62,924 nt of DNA from Cirrosporium novae-zelandiae (taxonomy: Eukaryota). The notes under the pieces are model-generated. The model worked only from the letters and a program-made list of their open reading frames with translations, did not search any database and was not told the DNA's origin. How positions within the stretch are numbered: the stretch's first letter is position 1; each line of letters starts with the position of its first letter. Position numbers and translations under genes: made by a program. Location of the stretch: the NCBI GenBank assembly GCA_026023565.1, contig JAPETS010000074.1:1-62924 (forward strand), read 5' to 3'. Positions 32,318-46,727 of the stretch are shown one piece after another.

Positions 32318-35300
32318 AAAAAAAAACGATTTTTGGTGACCCTAAACCACCAAATCAATTCACTATTGTGACGACCGTTATACGAAATATTTAACGCCTA
32401 TTTAAGGTCTATAGAGCCCAGCGGCCGCGGGGAAGAATCGGGGGCTAGAAAAGTGCGTGCCGTCAGCGAGAACCAGACGGATACGAAAAGGCGACAGCGC
32501 TTAAAATACGAATCGTACGAACCGGGGCAAAATTTTGCAATAAAGCCTAGCGATTCGGGATTACGATCCCTATTTTAGGCGGAAAACGACCAAACGGGAA
32601 AACGTTGTCGGAGGATTTTATAAAAAAAAAATTCTAAAAAAAAATAAATTAATAATTAAAATATTTTAATCGAATAAATAATTAAATATATAATAATATA
32701 TATATTTTTTATAATCGAAAAAAAATATATTAAATTTTAAAAATCGACGATTTTATAATATAATTACGGGAAATATTTTTCGATTTAAAAATCCGAATAA
32801 TCGTTTTAAAAAAACGAAATAATAAAATTATAAAAATTTAAAAAAAAAATTAAAAAAAATTATATATAATTAAATAAAAATTTTTAATAATTAAAAAAAT
32901 AATTATAATAATAATCTAAATATTATAAATTTAAATAAAAATTATAAAAATTATATATAATAAAATAAAAAATTTTATAAATAAAAATTATATAATCCTA
33001 ATAATTAAATCCGAATAAATAATAAAAAAAAAATATAATATTTTTTTTAATAATATCCTGAATAAAAAATAATAATTAGATTATAAATACCGGGTATACG
33101 AATAATAATATAAATAAATAAAAAAATTTAAAAAAATCTTTAATAAACAGCAGGAATAACCGGACAAAAAATTCTATTATTAATACCGAAAGCCCAGAAA
33201 TAAATCTTTATAAAAATAACACCGGAATTTATAAAATTTATTTATATTAAAATAATTGATAAAATAATAAATAATTAAATCCCATAAAAAAAACGTATTT
33301 ATTTTATAAATAAAAATATAAAATCTGAAAATCAAAAAATACTGATTTTTAATAAAATAAAAAATTCAATATTCGGATTTTATAATATTAATAATAATAG
33401 CGATTAATATTAAATTAATTAATTTAAACGTATTATTTAAATTACGGATATAGGAAATCTATATTAATAAAAAAAATAATTTAAAAATTATATTTAATAA
33501 AAAAATTAATATTAATATATTAATATTTAAATATAAATAAAAAATTTTAAAAATTATAATAAAAATAAATAATACGATAATAATATATATTTATTAAAAA
33601 TCCTATATTAAATAAAAATATAAAAAATATTTTTAAAAATATTTAAAAATTTAAATAAGTTAAATATAATAAAAAATAATTTAAAAAATAATTATTTATT
33701 ATTCCGAAATACGGTAATTATATAAATAACGCTAGAAAAATACCATTAAAAATAAATATAAATCGGGCTCGTATTAAAAAAATATATTATTTTAATTAAA
33801 ATAAAATTTTCGTTCGTAATATATAAAAAATAAAAGACCAAAAATTATTATTTAATAAAATATATCTAAAATATATTTAATTAAAATATAAATTATTCTT
33901 GGAATATAGGGATAAAATTTTTAAATACACGATATATACGGAAATATACGAAATATAAAACCACTAATATCGGATAATAAAATATAAATCCGCGTATATA
34001 AGGGTTTATATATATATTATATTAAAATATATAAACTGTTTAGATCTTTATATAGCCACGGACGGAAAATATTTAATAATCCGAAAAATAAAAACAGAAT
34101 ATATAAAAAAAAAACCGAAAAAATATTATAAAATTTTAATTAAAAACCAAAAGTCCCCGAATTAAAAATTTAAAAGGAAATAAAAAAAAAACGCGAATAA
34201 TATCCGAAATATTAATAATACTGAAAATATTAATAATATTTATATTATAAATAAATAATAATATATCCGAATTATAAATAAAAATATTATAATATAATTA
34301 TTATAAAAAATATAATATAATAATTATAATTCTAGAATCGGGTCGATAAACCGAAATAAATATAATATTATTATAGAAATCTTTGGGGTCGAAAAAGCCC
34401 AAATAATCGAAGAAAATAGGTTTTTAGGGGAAATAATAATGCCCCCAGAACAGCAGGCCCTCAGCGAGGCGCTAGGGCAGGGCTGGAGGGACGTATACTG
34501 GTCGGACGGATCTAGGCTAGAAGACCGCAAGGTAGGGGCGGGAATAGCCTGGAAAACAGTCGAAAGAGCCCTATAGACGATACGGAAATATTATCTAGAT
34601 CAAAATAAAAAAGTATTTGATACAGAGCTTTAGGGGGCGCAAACGGCTTTAAAAAGAGCGGTTAGGGCATACCCAAATAACTATAAAACCCCCGGAAAAA
34701 AAATAGTAGTTTTATTTGATTCGTAATCGGCTATTAAATGGATCGAAAAAAAAAATTAGAAAAAAATTAAATAATTATATAAAAAATATACGAATATACG
34801 AGATATTTAATAAATCAAAAAACGAAAATTATTATTAAATAAATTTTAAAATATTATAAAATATTAAAAAACGAAATAATAAATCAAATAATTAAAATAA
34901 ATATAATATTAAAAAATAATAGAATAATAAAATAAATTTCGTTAATTTATATAATCCGTAATATAACGGAAAAACGGATTATAAAAACGTATAATTAATT
35001 ACGTAATTAAAAAATAAAAAAATCGTTTAATAAATTTTATCGAATATAAAAAAAATATAAAAAAAATAAAATATTAGAATATACGTTTAAAAAATTAATA
35101 AATAAATTTTATTAAATAAAAATAGGGTACACTATTATTAAAAAATATATATATCGTACGAAAATTACTATTATTCTAAAATATTAATAATACGGGGTTT
35201 TATATTAAAATATATTTTATTTAATATTAATATATCCGTGTTAAAGAATAATTAAAGCCTATTTACGGGGAATAATAAAAAAATAAAAAAATTAATAATC

Positions 35301-35830
35301 TAATATAGCCGATAAAAAAAAATTAGTATTTATATTAAAAAACCGAAAATTTTTTAAGAATTGGATACGTTTTTTAAACGATACGGAGATAGGGAAACCT
35401 TAATACTAGGCCAGACACGAAATAGAAAATCGTGAAACGTATTTAGATTAAAAATAAATAGAACCCGGACACAGGAGGGAAAACAACCTAAAAACAGATA
35501 TTAAATAAGAACTAAACCCGTAATAGAAACGCGGGATAAACGTATACGTAAATAAAAATTGAAAAAAATCGAAAATAGATACGAATAAACCTATTTATAA
35601 ATTACGAATACCGAAATAACGTTAAAAAATTATCCGGTTAAATAAATCAGATAATTTTAGGAAATCCAAAAAAAAAAAAATTATATAACCGAATTAAAAA
35701 AGTAACCCCTATTATTTTAATTAAAAATAAACCCGAAAAAAATACAAAAAAATCTAAAAACCCCCGAATAGAATCTATTATAGTTTTTAAGCGATATATG
35801 GATATAAAACAATAAATAATTATTATTATC
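32318..35830 (+). mobile_element. Internally deleted LINE (copy B): 5'/ORF1 joined at ~34380 to RNase H and the 3' end
   Basis: Shared 5' motif TTTTTGGTGACCC; RNase H VYWSDGSRLEDRKVGAGIAW..KVFDTEL at ~34490-34630; 3' tail at ~35810-35830. Confidence 0.85.
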
Positions 35831-38318
35831 AACAAATTTATTATATTTTTTAAATAAAATAATCAAAAAATTATAATTAATATATTAATAAATATATATA
35901 AAAATTTAAATAAATTATATAAAAATTAATTTAGATCGAAATATAATCGAAATATAATCGATATATTTATATATTTAATATACCGAATAAAAAAAGAATT
36001 TAATCGAAAATAAATAATTTATATTTTATTTATAAATATTAAAAAAATATTTAATTATATATTATAATTCAGATTAATATAATATTTAAAATAATTGAAA
36101 ATCGATAAAAATATTATTAAATAAATAATTAATTTTATAATTTAATAAAACGTCGAATTAATAGTTGACAGAGAAATATAATCCCGAATTAATATTAAAA
36201 TAGGGGTATTATAAAAGAGAGAAAAAAAACGATTTTTGGTGACCCCGCGCCACCAAATCAATTCATTATTATGACGACCGTTATACGAAATATTTAATGT
36301 TTATTTAAGATTTATAAAATTTAGTAACAGCGGGGAAATATCGGAAATTAAAAAAAAACGTACCGTTAACGAAAATTAAATAAATATAAAAAAATAATAA
36401 CGTTTAAAAAACGAATCGAACGAATCGAAATAAAATTTTATAATAAAATTTAGCGATTCGATATTATAATTTTTATTTTAAAAAAAAAACAATTAAACGA
36501 AAAAATATTATTAAAAAATTTTACGAAAAAAAAAATTCTAAAAAAAAATAAATTAATAATCGGGATATTTTAATCGAATAAACGATTAAATATATAATAA
36601 TATATATATTTCCCGTAATCAGAAAAAAAATATATTAAATTCTAAAAATCGACGATTTTATAATATAACTATAAAAAATATTTTTTAATTTAAAAATCTA
36701 AATAATTATTTTAAAAAAATGAAATAATAAAATTATAAAAATTTAAAAAAGAAATTAAAAAAAATTATATATAATTAAATAAAAATTTTTAATAATTAAA
36801 AAAATAATTATAATAATAATTTAAATATTATAAATTTAAATAAAAATCGCAGAAATTATATATAACGGAACGGAAAATTTTATAAATAAAAATTATATAA
36901 TTTTAATAATTAAATTTAAACGAATAATAAAAAAAAAAATAATAATATTTTTTTTAATAATATCCAGAACGGATATAATAACCGGATCGTAAATATTTAA
37001 TACCCGGATAATAATATAAATAAATAAAAAAATCTAAAAAAATTTCTAATAAATAATAAAAATAATTAAATAAAAGATTTTATTATTAATACCGAAAACC
37101 CCGAAATAAATTTTTATAAAAATAACGCCGGAATCTACGGGGTTTATTTATATTAAAATAATTAATAAAATACTAGATAAATCTAATAAAAAATAATTAA
37201 ACCCCGTAAAAAAAAACGTATTAATTCCGTAAACGAGAATATAAAAACTAAAAATCAGAAAATATTAATTTTTAATAAAAAAAAAACCGAATATTCGGGT
37301 TTTACGGTATTAATAATAACGGCGATTAATATTAAATTAATTAATTTAAATATACCGCCTAAATTACGGGTATAAAAAACCTATATTAATAAAAAAAATA
37401 ATTTAAAAATTACGTTTAATAAAAAAATTAATACGGATATATTAATATCTAAATATAAATAAAAAATTCTAAAAATTATAATAAAAATAAATAATATAAT
37501 AATAAATATACGTTTATTAGAAATTTTATATTAAATAAAAATATAAAAAATATTTTTAAAAATATTTAAAAATCTAAAAAAATTAAATTTAATAAAAAAT
37601 AATTTAAAAAATATTTATTTATTATTCCGAAATACGGTAATCGTATAAATAACGCCGGAAAAATACCGCCAGAAATAAATACGAACTAAATTTATATTAA
37701 AAAAATATATTATTTTAATTAAAATAAAATTCCCGTTCGTAATATATTAAACATAAAAAACCGAAAATTATTATTTAATAAAATGTAAATTTCGATATAT
37801 TTAATAATTTATATTAAAAATAAATAAAACGTATTTAAAATATATTTAATTAAAATATAAATTATTTTTAGAATATAAAAATAGAATCTCTAAATATATA
37901 ATATACGCGGAAATATACGAAATATAAAATTATTAATATCGAATAATAGAATATAAATCCGTATATACGGGGGTTTATATATATATTTTATTAAAATATA
38001 TAAACTATCTAAACCTTCATATAATCACGGACAGAAAATACCCAATTATCCGAAAAATAAAAATAGAATATATAAAAAAAAAACGCCGAAAAAACGTTAT
38101 ATAATTATTTTATATATTTATTTTTTTAAAAAACAAATAAGTTTATAAAATCTTAATTAAAGACCAAAAACCCCCGTATTAGAAATCTAAAAAAAAATTA
38201 AAAAAAAAACGTATATAATATCCGAAATATTAATAATATCGAAAATATTAATAATACCCGTATCGTAAATAAATAACGATATATCCGAATTATAAATAAA
38301 AATATTATAATATAATTA

Positions 38319-41300
38319 AAAAACGCTTTTTGGTGACCCCACGCTACCAAATCAATTCACTATTGTGACGACCGTCATACGAAATAATTAACGTTTATTT
38401 AAGATCTATAAAGTCTAGCAGTAATAAAGAAATGTCGGAGATTAGGAAAATACGTGCCGTCAGCGAGAACCAAATAGATACGAGGGGGCGACAGCGTTTA
38501 AAAAACGAATCGAATGAATCGGGATAAAATTTTATAATAAAATCTAGCGATTCGGTACTATAATTCTTATTCTAAAAAAAAAACGATCAAACGGAAAAAC
38601 GTTATCGAAGGATTTTACGAAAAAAAAAAAATTTTAAAAAAAAATAAATTAATAATCGGGATACTCCAATCGAGTAAACGATTAAATATATAATAATACG
38701 TATATTTCCCGCAATCGGGAAAAAAATATATCAGGCTTTAAAAACCGACGATTTTACGGTATAATTACGGGAAATATTTTTCGGTCTAGAAACCCGAATA
38801 ATCGTTCTACAAAAACGAGACAATAAAGCTATAAAAATCTAAAAAAAAAACTAAAAAAAATTATATATAATTAAATAAGAATTTCTAATAATTAGAAAGA
38901 CAGTTACAATAATAATCTAAATATTATAAATCTGGGTGGAGGCCGCAAAAACTATATATGGCGGGGCGGAAAATTCTACAAATAGGGGTTATATAATCCC
39001 GGTAATTAGGCCCGAACGGACAATAAAAAAAAGAAAAATAATACTCCCCCTAATAATACCCCGAACGGATATAATAATCGGATTGTAAATACCTAATACG
39101 CGGACAATAATATAAACGGATAAAAAAACCCAAAAAAACCTTTAATAAACGGTAAAAATAATTAAATAAAAAGTTCTACCACTGGCACCGAAAACCCCGA
39201 AACAGATTTCTATAAAAATAACACCGGAATCTACGGGGTTTATTTATATCAAAATAATTAGTAAAATAATAGATAAATCTAATAAAAAATAATAAATAAT
39301 TAAATCCTATAAAAAAAAACGTACTAATTCCGCAGGCGGGAATATAAAAATTGAAAATTAGAAAATACTGATTTTTAATAAAAAAAAAACCGAATATCCG
39401 GGTTTTACGATATTAATAATAACGGCGATTAACGCCAAATTAATTAATTTAAACGTACCGCCTGAATTACGGGTACGGGAAATCTATATTAATAAAAAAA
39501 ACAATTTAAAAACTAGATTTAATAAAAAAATTAATACGGATATATTAATATCTAAATATAAATAAAAAATTTTAAAAACCGTAATAAAAATAAATAACGC
39601 GATAATAAATATATATTTATTAAAAACTCTATATTAAATAAAAATATAAAAAATATTTTTAAAAATATTTAGAAATCTAAATAAATTAAATTTAATAAAA
39701 AAAAATTTAGAAAAAATTTATTAATTATTCCGAAATACGATAATCGTATAAATAATACCGGAAAAATATTATTAAAAACGGGTACGAACCAGAAAAATAT
39801 TAAAAAAATATATTATTTTAATCAAAATAAGATTCCCGTTTATAATATACGAAAAATAAAAAAACGAAAATTATTATTTAACGGAATATAGATTTCGATA
39901 TACCCGATAATTTATATTAAAAATAAATAAAACGTATCGAAAATATATTCAATTAAAATATAAATTATTTCTAAAATATAAAAATAAAGGCCTTAAATAT
40001 ATTATATACGCGGAAATACACGAAATATAAAACCACCGGTATCGAATAACAGAATATAAATCTGCGTATATAGGGGTTTATATATATATTCTATTAAAAT
40101 ATACAAACTATTTAAACCTTTATATAACCACGGACGGAAAATAGCCAGCTACCCGAAAAATAGAAACAGAATATACGAAAAAAAAACGCCGAAAAAACGT
40201 TATATAATCGTTCTACGTATTTATCCCCTTAAAAAAAAAAACAAACCTATAGAATTTTAATTAGAGATCAAAAACCCCCGAACCAGAAATCTAAAGAAAA
40301 ATAAAAGAAAAAACGTAAATAATATCCGAAATACCGATAATACTAAAAATACCGGTAACACCCGTATTATAAATAAATAACGATATATCCGAATTATAAA
40401 TAAAAATATTATAATATAATTATTATAAAAAATACGATATAACGATTATAATTTTAGAATCGATTATATAAACTAGAACGGATATAATATTATTATAGGA
40501 GTCTGATTAAAAATTAAAAAAAAAAATATTATATCCGGCGTAGGATTTTTATTAGCCCGAATTAAAAGCCTAAACGGGATATAAAATTGTAAAAACGATT
40601 ATTATTATATATAAAAATTGAAAAAATATTATTTTTAAAATAATCGTAAAAACCGATCTAATTAATTATTTTTATTTTATAATACTGGATATTAATATAA
40701 TAAACGCAGGCGGAGGAATAAAAAACCCGATCAGAATAATTAACGTCTACGACCAAAAATTGAAAAATATATATTTCTAAAAATAAAACCGATAATAAAA
40801 ATCTAGAAAAATTTTATAAAATATAGAATAAAAATATATTTTTAATAAAAACAAAATAATATTAATAAAAAATTTCAATATTTATAATTTAATATAAAAA
40901 CCCGGATAAATTATTTACGTGAACGATACGCTTTTAATAATATTTATAAAAAAATAAGATTTAATTATATAAAATAACGCCGTTTAAAATATTTAATTCG
41001 GAAAAAAATCGGTTCGTTATTTAATAATCGATTTAATAATAATTAATTCCGTAATAAAATTATTTCAAAAATAATCTATAAACGTAATAATTGATAAAAT
41101 AAATAATAAATTAAAAATTAATTTAAATTACGTTTTTATTTAATTCGAATAAAGGGATTAAAATCCAAAAATAAATTAACCAATCCCGAATTCGTAGAAT
41201 TTAAAACTATTAAAAAATCTCTAATAATAAATTAAAACGAAATAAAAATAAAAATCCTAATTAATTATAAAAAATATATTAGCCGCAGATTATACGGAAA

Positions 41301-44300
41301 TATAATTAAAAAACGAAATATAAAAAATTATTATTTAATTAAAAATTATTCTAAATAAATATACAAAATCTAAACGGATATATATTTAATCAAAAATTTA
41401 ATAAAATCCCGAATATATTATTACAAAACACGAATATTATATAATATTTAAAAAAACGAAATAAAAACGCGGAATTTATAAAAAAATTAAAATAATATTT
41501 AAAAAATTTATAAAATTAATTAAAATTAAAAAAAAAAATAAATAAATCGATTTTTTTTAAATATATATAAAAAAAAACGATTTAAATAAATTTTTAAATC
41601 CCGAAAATATTTAACGAAAATAAAAAATATTAAAATATTATAAATTTTAAAACCGAAACCCGACGCTAATATTCCGTATAAAAAATAGAAGAATAACGAC
41701 AGAAATTAAAAATAAAAAATTTTTTATATAAAAACGAATATTCCTATTATTTTTAAAAAACCCCGAATCCTAATTTCCGATAAAAAAAATATTCGTCCAA
41801 TAATTATTTAAAAAAACGGTACGAAAAATATTATACGTATAAAATACGAATAAAATTTTAAAATACGACGGAATTTAATTTAGAATATTCCGTATATTAT
41901 AATAATAAAATTCCGGTAAAATAATAAAAATAATCCGGTATTATTTCCGATTAAAATATTACCCGACGTAATAAAAATATATTTAAAAAATATTATTATT
42001 TAAATCTGGACGAACCGATAAAATATTAATTAAAAATTATAAAATAATAAATTTATTATATTATTTAAATAAAATAATCGAAAAAATTATAACGAATATA
42101 TTAACGGATATATACGAAAATCTAAATAAATTATATAAAAATTAATTTAAATCGAACCGTAATTAAAACGTAATTAATATATTGAATAAAAAAAAATTTT
42201 AATTGAAAATAAATAATTTATATTTTATTTATAAACGTTAAAAAAACGTTTAATTATATATTAAAATTTAAACTAATTTAATATTTAAAATAATTAAAAA
42301 TCGATAAAAATATTATTAAATAAATAATCAGTTTTACGGCTCAACGAAACGTCGAATTAATAATCGACAAAAAAATATAACCCCGAATCAATATAAAAAC
42401 GGGGGTGCCGCAGAGGTCACCCGTATCCCCAATATTATTCCTGATATATTGCAACGGGTTATTCGCAGCCGTAAAATAAATAATTTTTAGAATTAATTTT
42501 ATTATTCGTGAACGACGTAAATTTCTCGATTATCTATATAAATAATAAATAAACCCGAAAAATTATTTAATAAATAACGAAAATAACGATTTAATAAAAA
42601 AAAAAAAATATATTAAAATTCGATATTTAAAAAATCGAGATTATAATTTTTTTTAAATTACGTAAATATTAAATTTAAATAAATATTAAATCGAAAATTA
42701 AAATTAATAATTATTTAATCGAATATAAAACGGATTATATACGATAATTAAACGTATAATTAAATCCGAAATTTGATTTCTAAATTTATTACGCCCAACG
42801 TTTAATTAAAATTAAATACGCGGAAAAAATAATTAAATATATTTATTACCGAAACGAATTATTTACAGGGTTTACGCGCTAAATAATCGTAATAATTATA
42901 ATATTAATTTATATATATAAATATAAAATCTAATAAAAAAAACAGATCGGGTATTAAATAGAATTTCAAAAATTATTAAATAAACTCGTAAAATTAATAA
43001 TAAAGATCTATAAAATAACCCCGATAATAGCGGTTATATAAAAAATTTATATATATCCCGTAAATATAATATTAAATACCGCGTAAAAAAAATATAGATT
43101 TCGGTATTTTTAAAAAATCGAAAAAAATTTAACGAATCTAATATTACCGATAATATTTAAAATAAAAAATATAAATATTTAATTAAAAAAATAACCGCTA
43201 TAAAATTTTTAATAAATTTAAAAAATTAAAAAAAATACGTTAAATTAATATTTAATTATAACGATAATTTAAAAAATAATAAATCCGGATTTTAGAATCG
43301 AAAAAACCTAAATAATCGATAAAAATAAATTTTTAAAAAAAATAATAATATTTTTAAAATAATAAATTTTCAACGAAACGCTAGCGTAAAATTAGAAAAA
43401 CGTATATTAATCGGACGAATCTAAATTAAAAAACCGTAAAATAAAAACGGGGGTAATCTAAAAAATAACCGAAAAAACCCCGTAAATAATACGGAAATAT
43501 TATTTAAATCAAAATAAAAAAATATTCGATATAGAATTTTAAAGGACGTAAACGGTTTTAAAAATAATAATTAAAATATATCTAAATAATTATAAAACCC
43601 CCAGAAAAAAAATAATAATATTATTTGATTCGTAAACGGTTATTAGACGGATCGAAAAAAAAAAATTAAAAAAAAATTAAACGATCGTATAAAAAATATA
43701 CGAATATATTAAATATTTAATCGATTAAAAAACGAAAATCGTTATTAAATAAATTCTAAAATATTATAGGGTATTAAAGAACGAAACAATAGATTAAACG
43801 GCCAAAATAAATATAGCGTTAAAAAATAATAGGGTGACCGAATAAATTTCGCTAGTTTATATAGCCCGTAATATATTTCCAGGCCTATCACGTCCAGCGG
43901 TTGGCTAAGGCCCGACGTGCGGAAGGCGCAGTTAGGCATATATGCCACCGAAACGGGCTACCTACGGGGCTTGCGCGCCAGGTAGCCGTAGCGACTATAG
44001 TGTCAACCTATATATACGGGTGTGAGGTCTGGTGGAGGGGGCAAGCCGGCTATCAGGCAGAATTTCAAAAACTGCTGAATAGGCTTACCAGGCTAATAAC
44101 GGGGGCCTATAAAATAACCCCAATAGCAGCGGTTATACAGAAAGCCTGTATATACCCCGCAGACGTAATACTAAATACCGCGCAGAAAAAATATGGGCTT
44201 CGGTACTTCTAAAAAACCGAAAAAAACCCAACGAACCTAATACTGCCGATAACGCTCAAAATAAGGGACGCAAGCGCCCAATCAAAAAAACAACCGCTGG

Positions 44301-46727
44301 AAAACCTCCAATAAACCTAGAAAACCAAAAAAAACACGTTAGACCAATATCTAATTATAACGATAACCTAAAAAATAATAAATCCAAATTTTAAAATCGA
44401 AAAAACCCAAATAACCGAAGAAAATAGATTTTTAAAAAAAATAATAATACCCCCAGAATAATAGGCCCTCAGCGAGGCGCTAGCGCAGGGCTGGAAAGAC
44501 GTATACTGATCGGACGGATCTAGGCTAGAAAACCGCAAGGTAGGGGCGGGAATAACCTAGAAAATAGCCGAAAAAACCCTATAAATAATACGGAAATATT
44601 ATTTAAATTAAAATAAAAAGGTATTCGATATAAAATTTTAGGGAACGCAAACGGCCCTATAAATAGCGGCTAGAGCGTACCCAAATAATTATAAAACCCC
44701 CGGAAAAAAAATAGTGGTATTATTTGATTCGTAAACGACTATCAAACGGATCGAAAAAAAAGGGTTAGGAAAAAGCCAAACGATCGTATAAAAAATATAC
44801 GAATATACCAGACACCTAGTAAATCAAAAGACGAAAATCACTATTAAATAGGTCCCAAAATATTATAAAATACCAGGGAACGAAACAATAGATCAGACGG
44901 CTAAAATAAGCGCGGCGCTAAAAAATAGTAGAACGGCCGAATAAATTTCGCTAATCTATATAATCCGTAATATAACGGAAAAACGGATTATAAAAACGTA
45001 CAACCAATTACGCAATTAAAAAATAAAAAAATCGCCCGATAAATTTTATCGAATACACCCGAAATATAAAAAAGATCGGATATTAAAATATACGTTTAAA
45101 AAACTGATAGATAGGCTCTATCAAATAAAAACGGGGTACGCCGCCACCAGGGAATATATATATCGTACGAAAATTATTATTACCCCGGAATACTAATAAT
45201 ACGGGACCCTGTATTAAAACGTTCCTTATTTAATATTAATATACCCGCGCTAAAAAACGGTTAAAACCCGGTTACGAGAAATAATAAAAAAATAGAAAAA
45301 TCAATAATTTAATATAGCCGAAAAAAAAAAACTAATATTCGTATTAAAAAACTAAAAATTCTCTAAAAATTGGATACGTTTTTTAAACGATACAGAAATA
45401 AAAAAACCCTAATACTAAACTAAATACGAAACGGAAAATCGTGAGACGTATCTGGATTAAAGATGGGTAGAACCCGGACACGAAAAAAAAAACGATCTAA
45501 AAATAAATATTAAATAAAAACTGGGCCCGTAATAGTAACGCGGGATAAACGTATACGTAAACAAAAACTGAAAGAAATCGAAAATAAATACGAGTGGGCC
45601 TATTTATAAGCTACGAATACCGAAATAACGCTAAAAAATTATCCGGTTAGATAAATCAGGTAATTCTAGGAAACCCAAAAAAAGGGGGAAGCTATATAGC
45701 CGAACTAGGGGGATAACCCCCACCATTATAATTAAAAATAAGCCCGAAAAGGGATATAAAAAGGCCTAAAAAAGCCCCCGAATAGAATCCGTCATAGTTT
45801 CTAAATAATATATAGATATAAAACAATAAATAATCATCATCATATAACCCGTAATATAACGGAAAAATAAATTATAAAAACGTATAATTAATTACGTAAT
45901 TAAAAAATAAAAAAATCGTTTAATAAATTTTATCAAACATATTTAAAATATAAAAAAGATCGGGTGCTAAAATACGCGTTTAAAAAATTGGTAAATAAAT
46001 TTTATTAAATAAAAACGGGATACGCCGTTATTAAAGAATATATATACTATACGAAAATTATTATTATTCCGGAATATTAGTAATACGGGATTTTATATTA
46101 AAATATTTTTTATTTAATATTAATATACCCGCGCTAAAAAACGATTAAAACCCGTTTATAAAAAATAATAAAAAAATAGGAGAATTAATAATCTAATATA
46201 GCCGATAAAAAAAAATTGGTATTCGTATTAAAAAACCGAAAATTCTTTAAAAATTAGATATATTTTTTAAACGATACGGAGGTAGAAAAACCCTAATACT
46301 GGACTAAATACGAAACGGAAAATCGTAAAACGTACCTGGATTAAAGATGGGTAAAACCCGGACACGGAAAAAAAAACGACCCAGAAACAGGTATTAAATA
46401 AAAACTGGGCCCGTAATAGAAACGCGGGGTAAACGTATATATAAACAAAAACTGAAAAAATCGAAAATAAATATGAATAGGCCTATTTATAGGTTACGAA
46501 TACCGAAATAGCGTTAAAAAATTATCCGGTTAAATAAATCAGGTGATTCTAAGAAACCTAAAAAAGGGGGGAAATTATATAGCCGAACCAGGGGGGTAAT
46601 CCCCACTACTATAATTAAAAGTAAGCCCGAAAAGGGATATAAAAAGGCCTAAAAACCCCCGAATAAAATCCGTTATAGTTTCTAAATGATATATAGATAT
46701 AAAACAATGAATAATCATCATTATCAT
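38319..46727 (+). mobile_element. Full-length LINE copy D (38319-43875 + 45844-46727), interrupted by E
   Basis: 5' motif at ~38325, RT island TGVPQRSPVSP at ~42400, 3' tail ATCATCATTATC. Confidence 0.85.
43876..45843 (+). mobile_element. 5'-truncated LINE copy E (among the least mutated)
   Basis: RT thumb (YGCEVWW..LITGAYKITPIAAV) and RNase H readable; 15-bp TSD ATARCCCGTAATATA at 43861-43875 and 45844-45858; (ATC)n tail. Confidence 0.9.

Noticed and set aside
43901..44212. 103-aa ORF as a functional gene
   Set aside because: Stop-free remnant of LINE ORF2 in 5'-truncated copy E.
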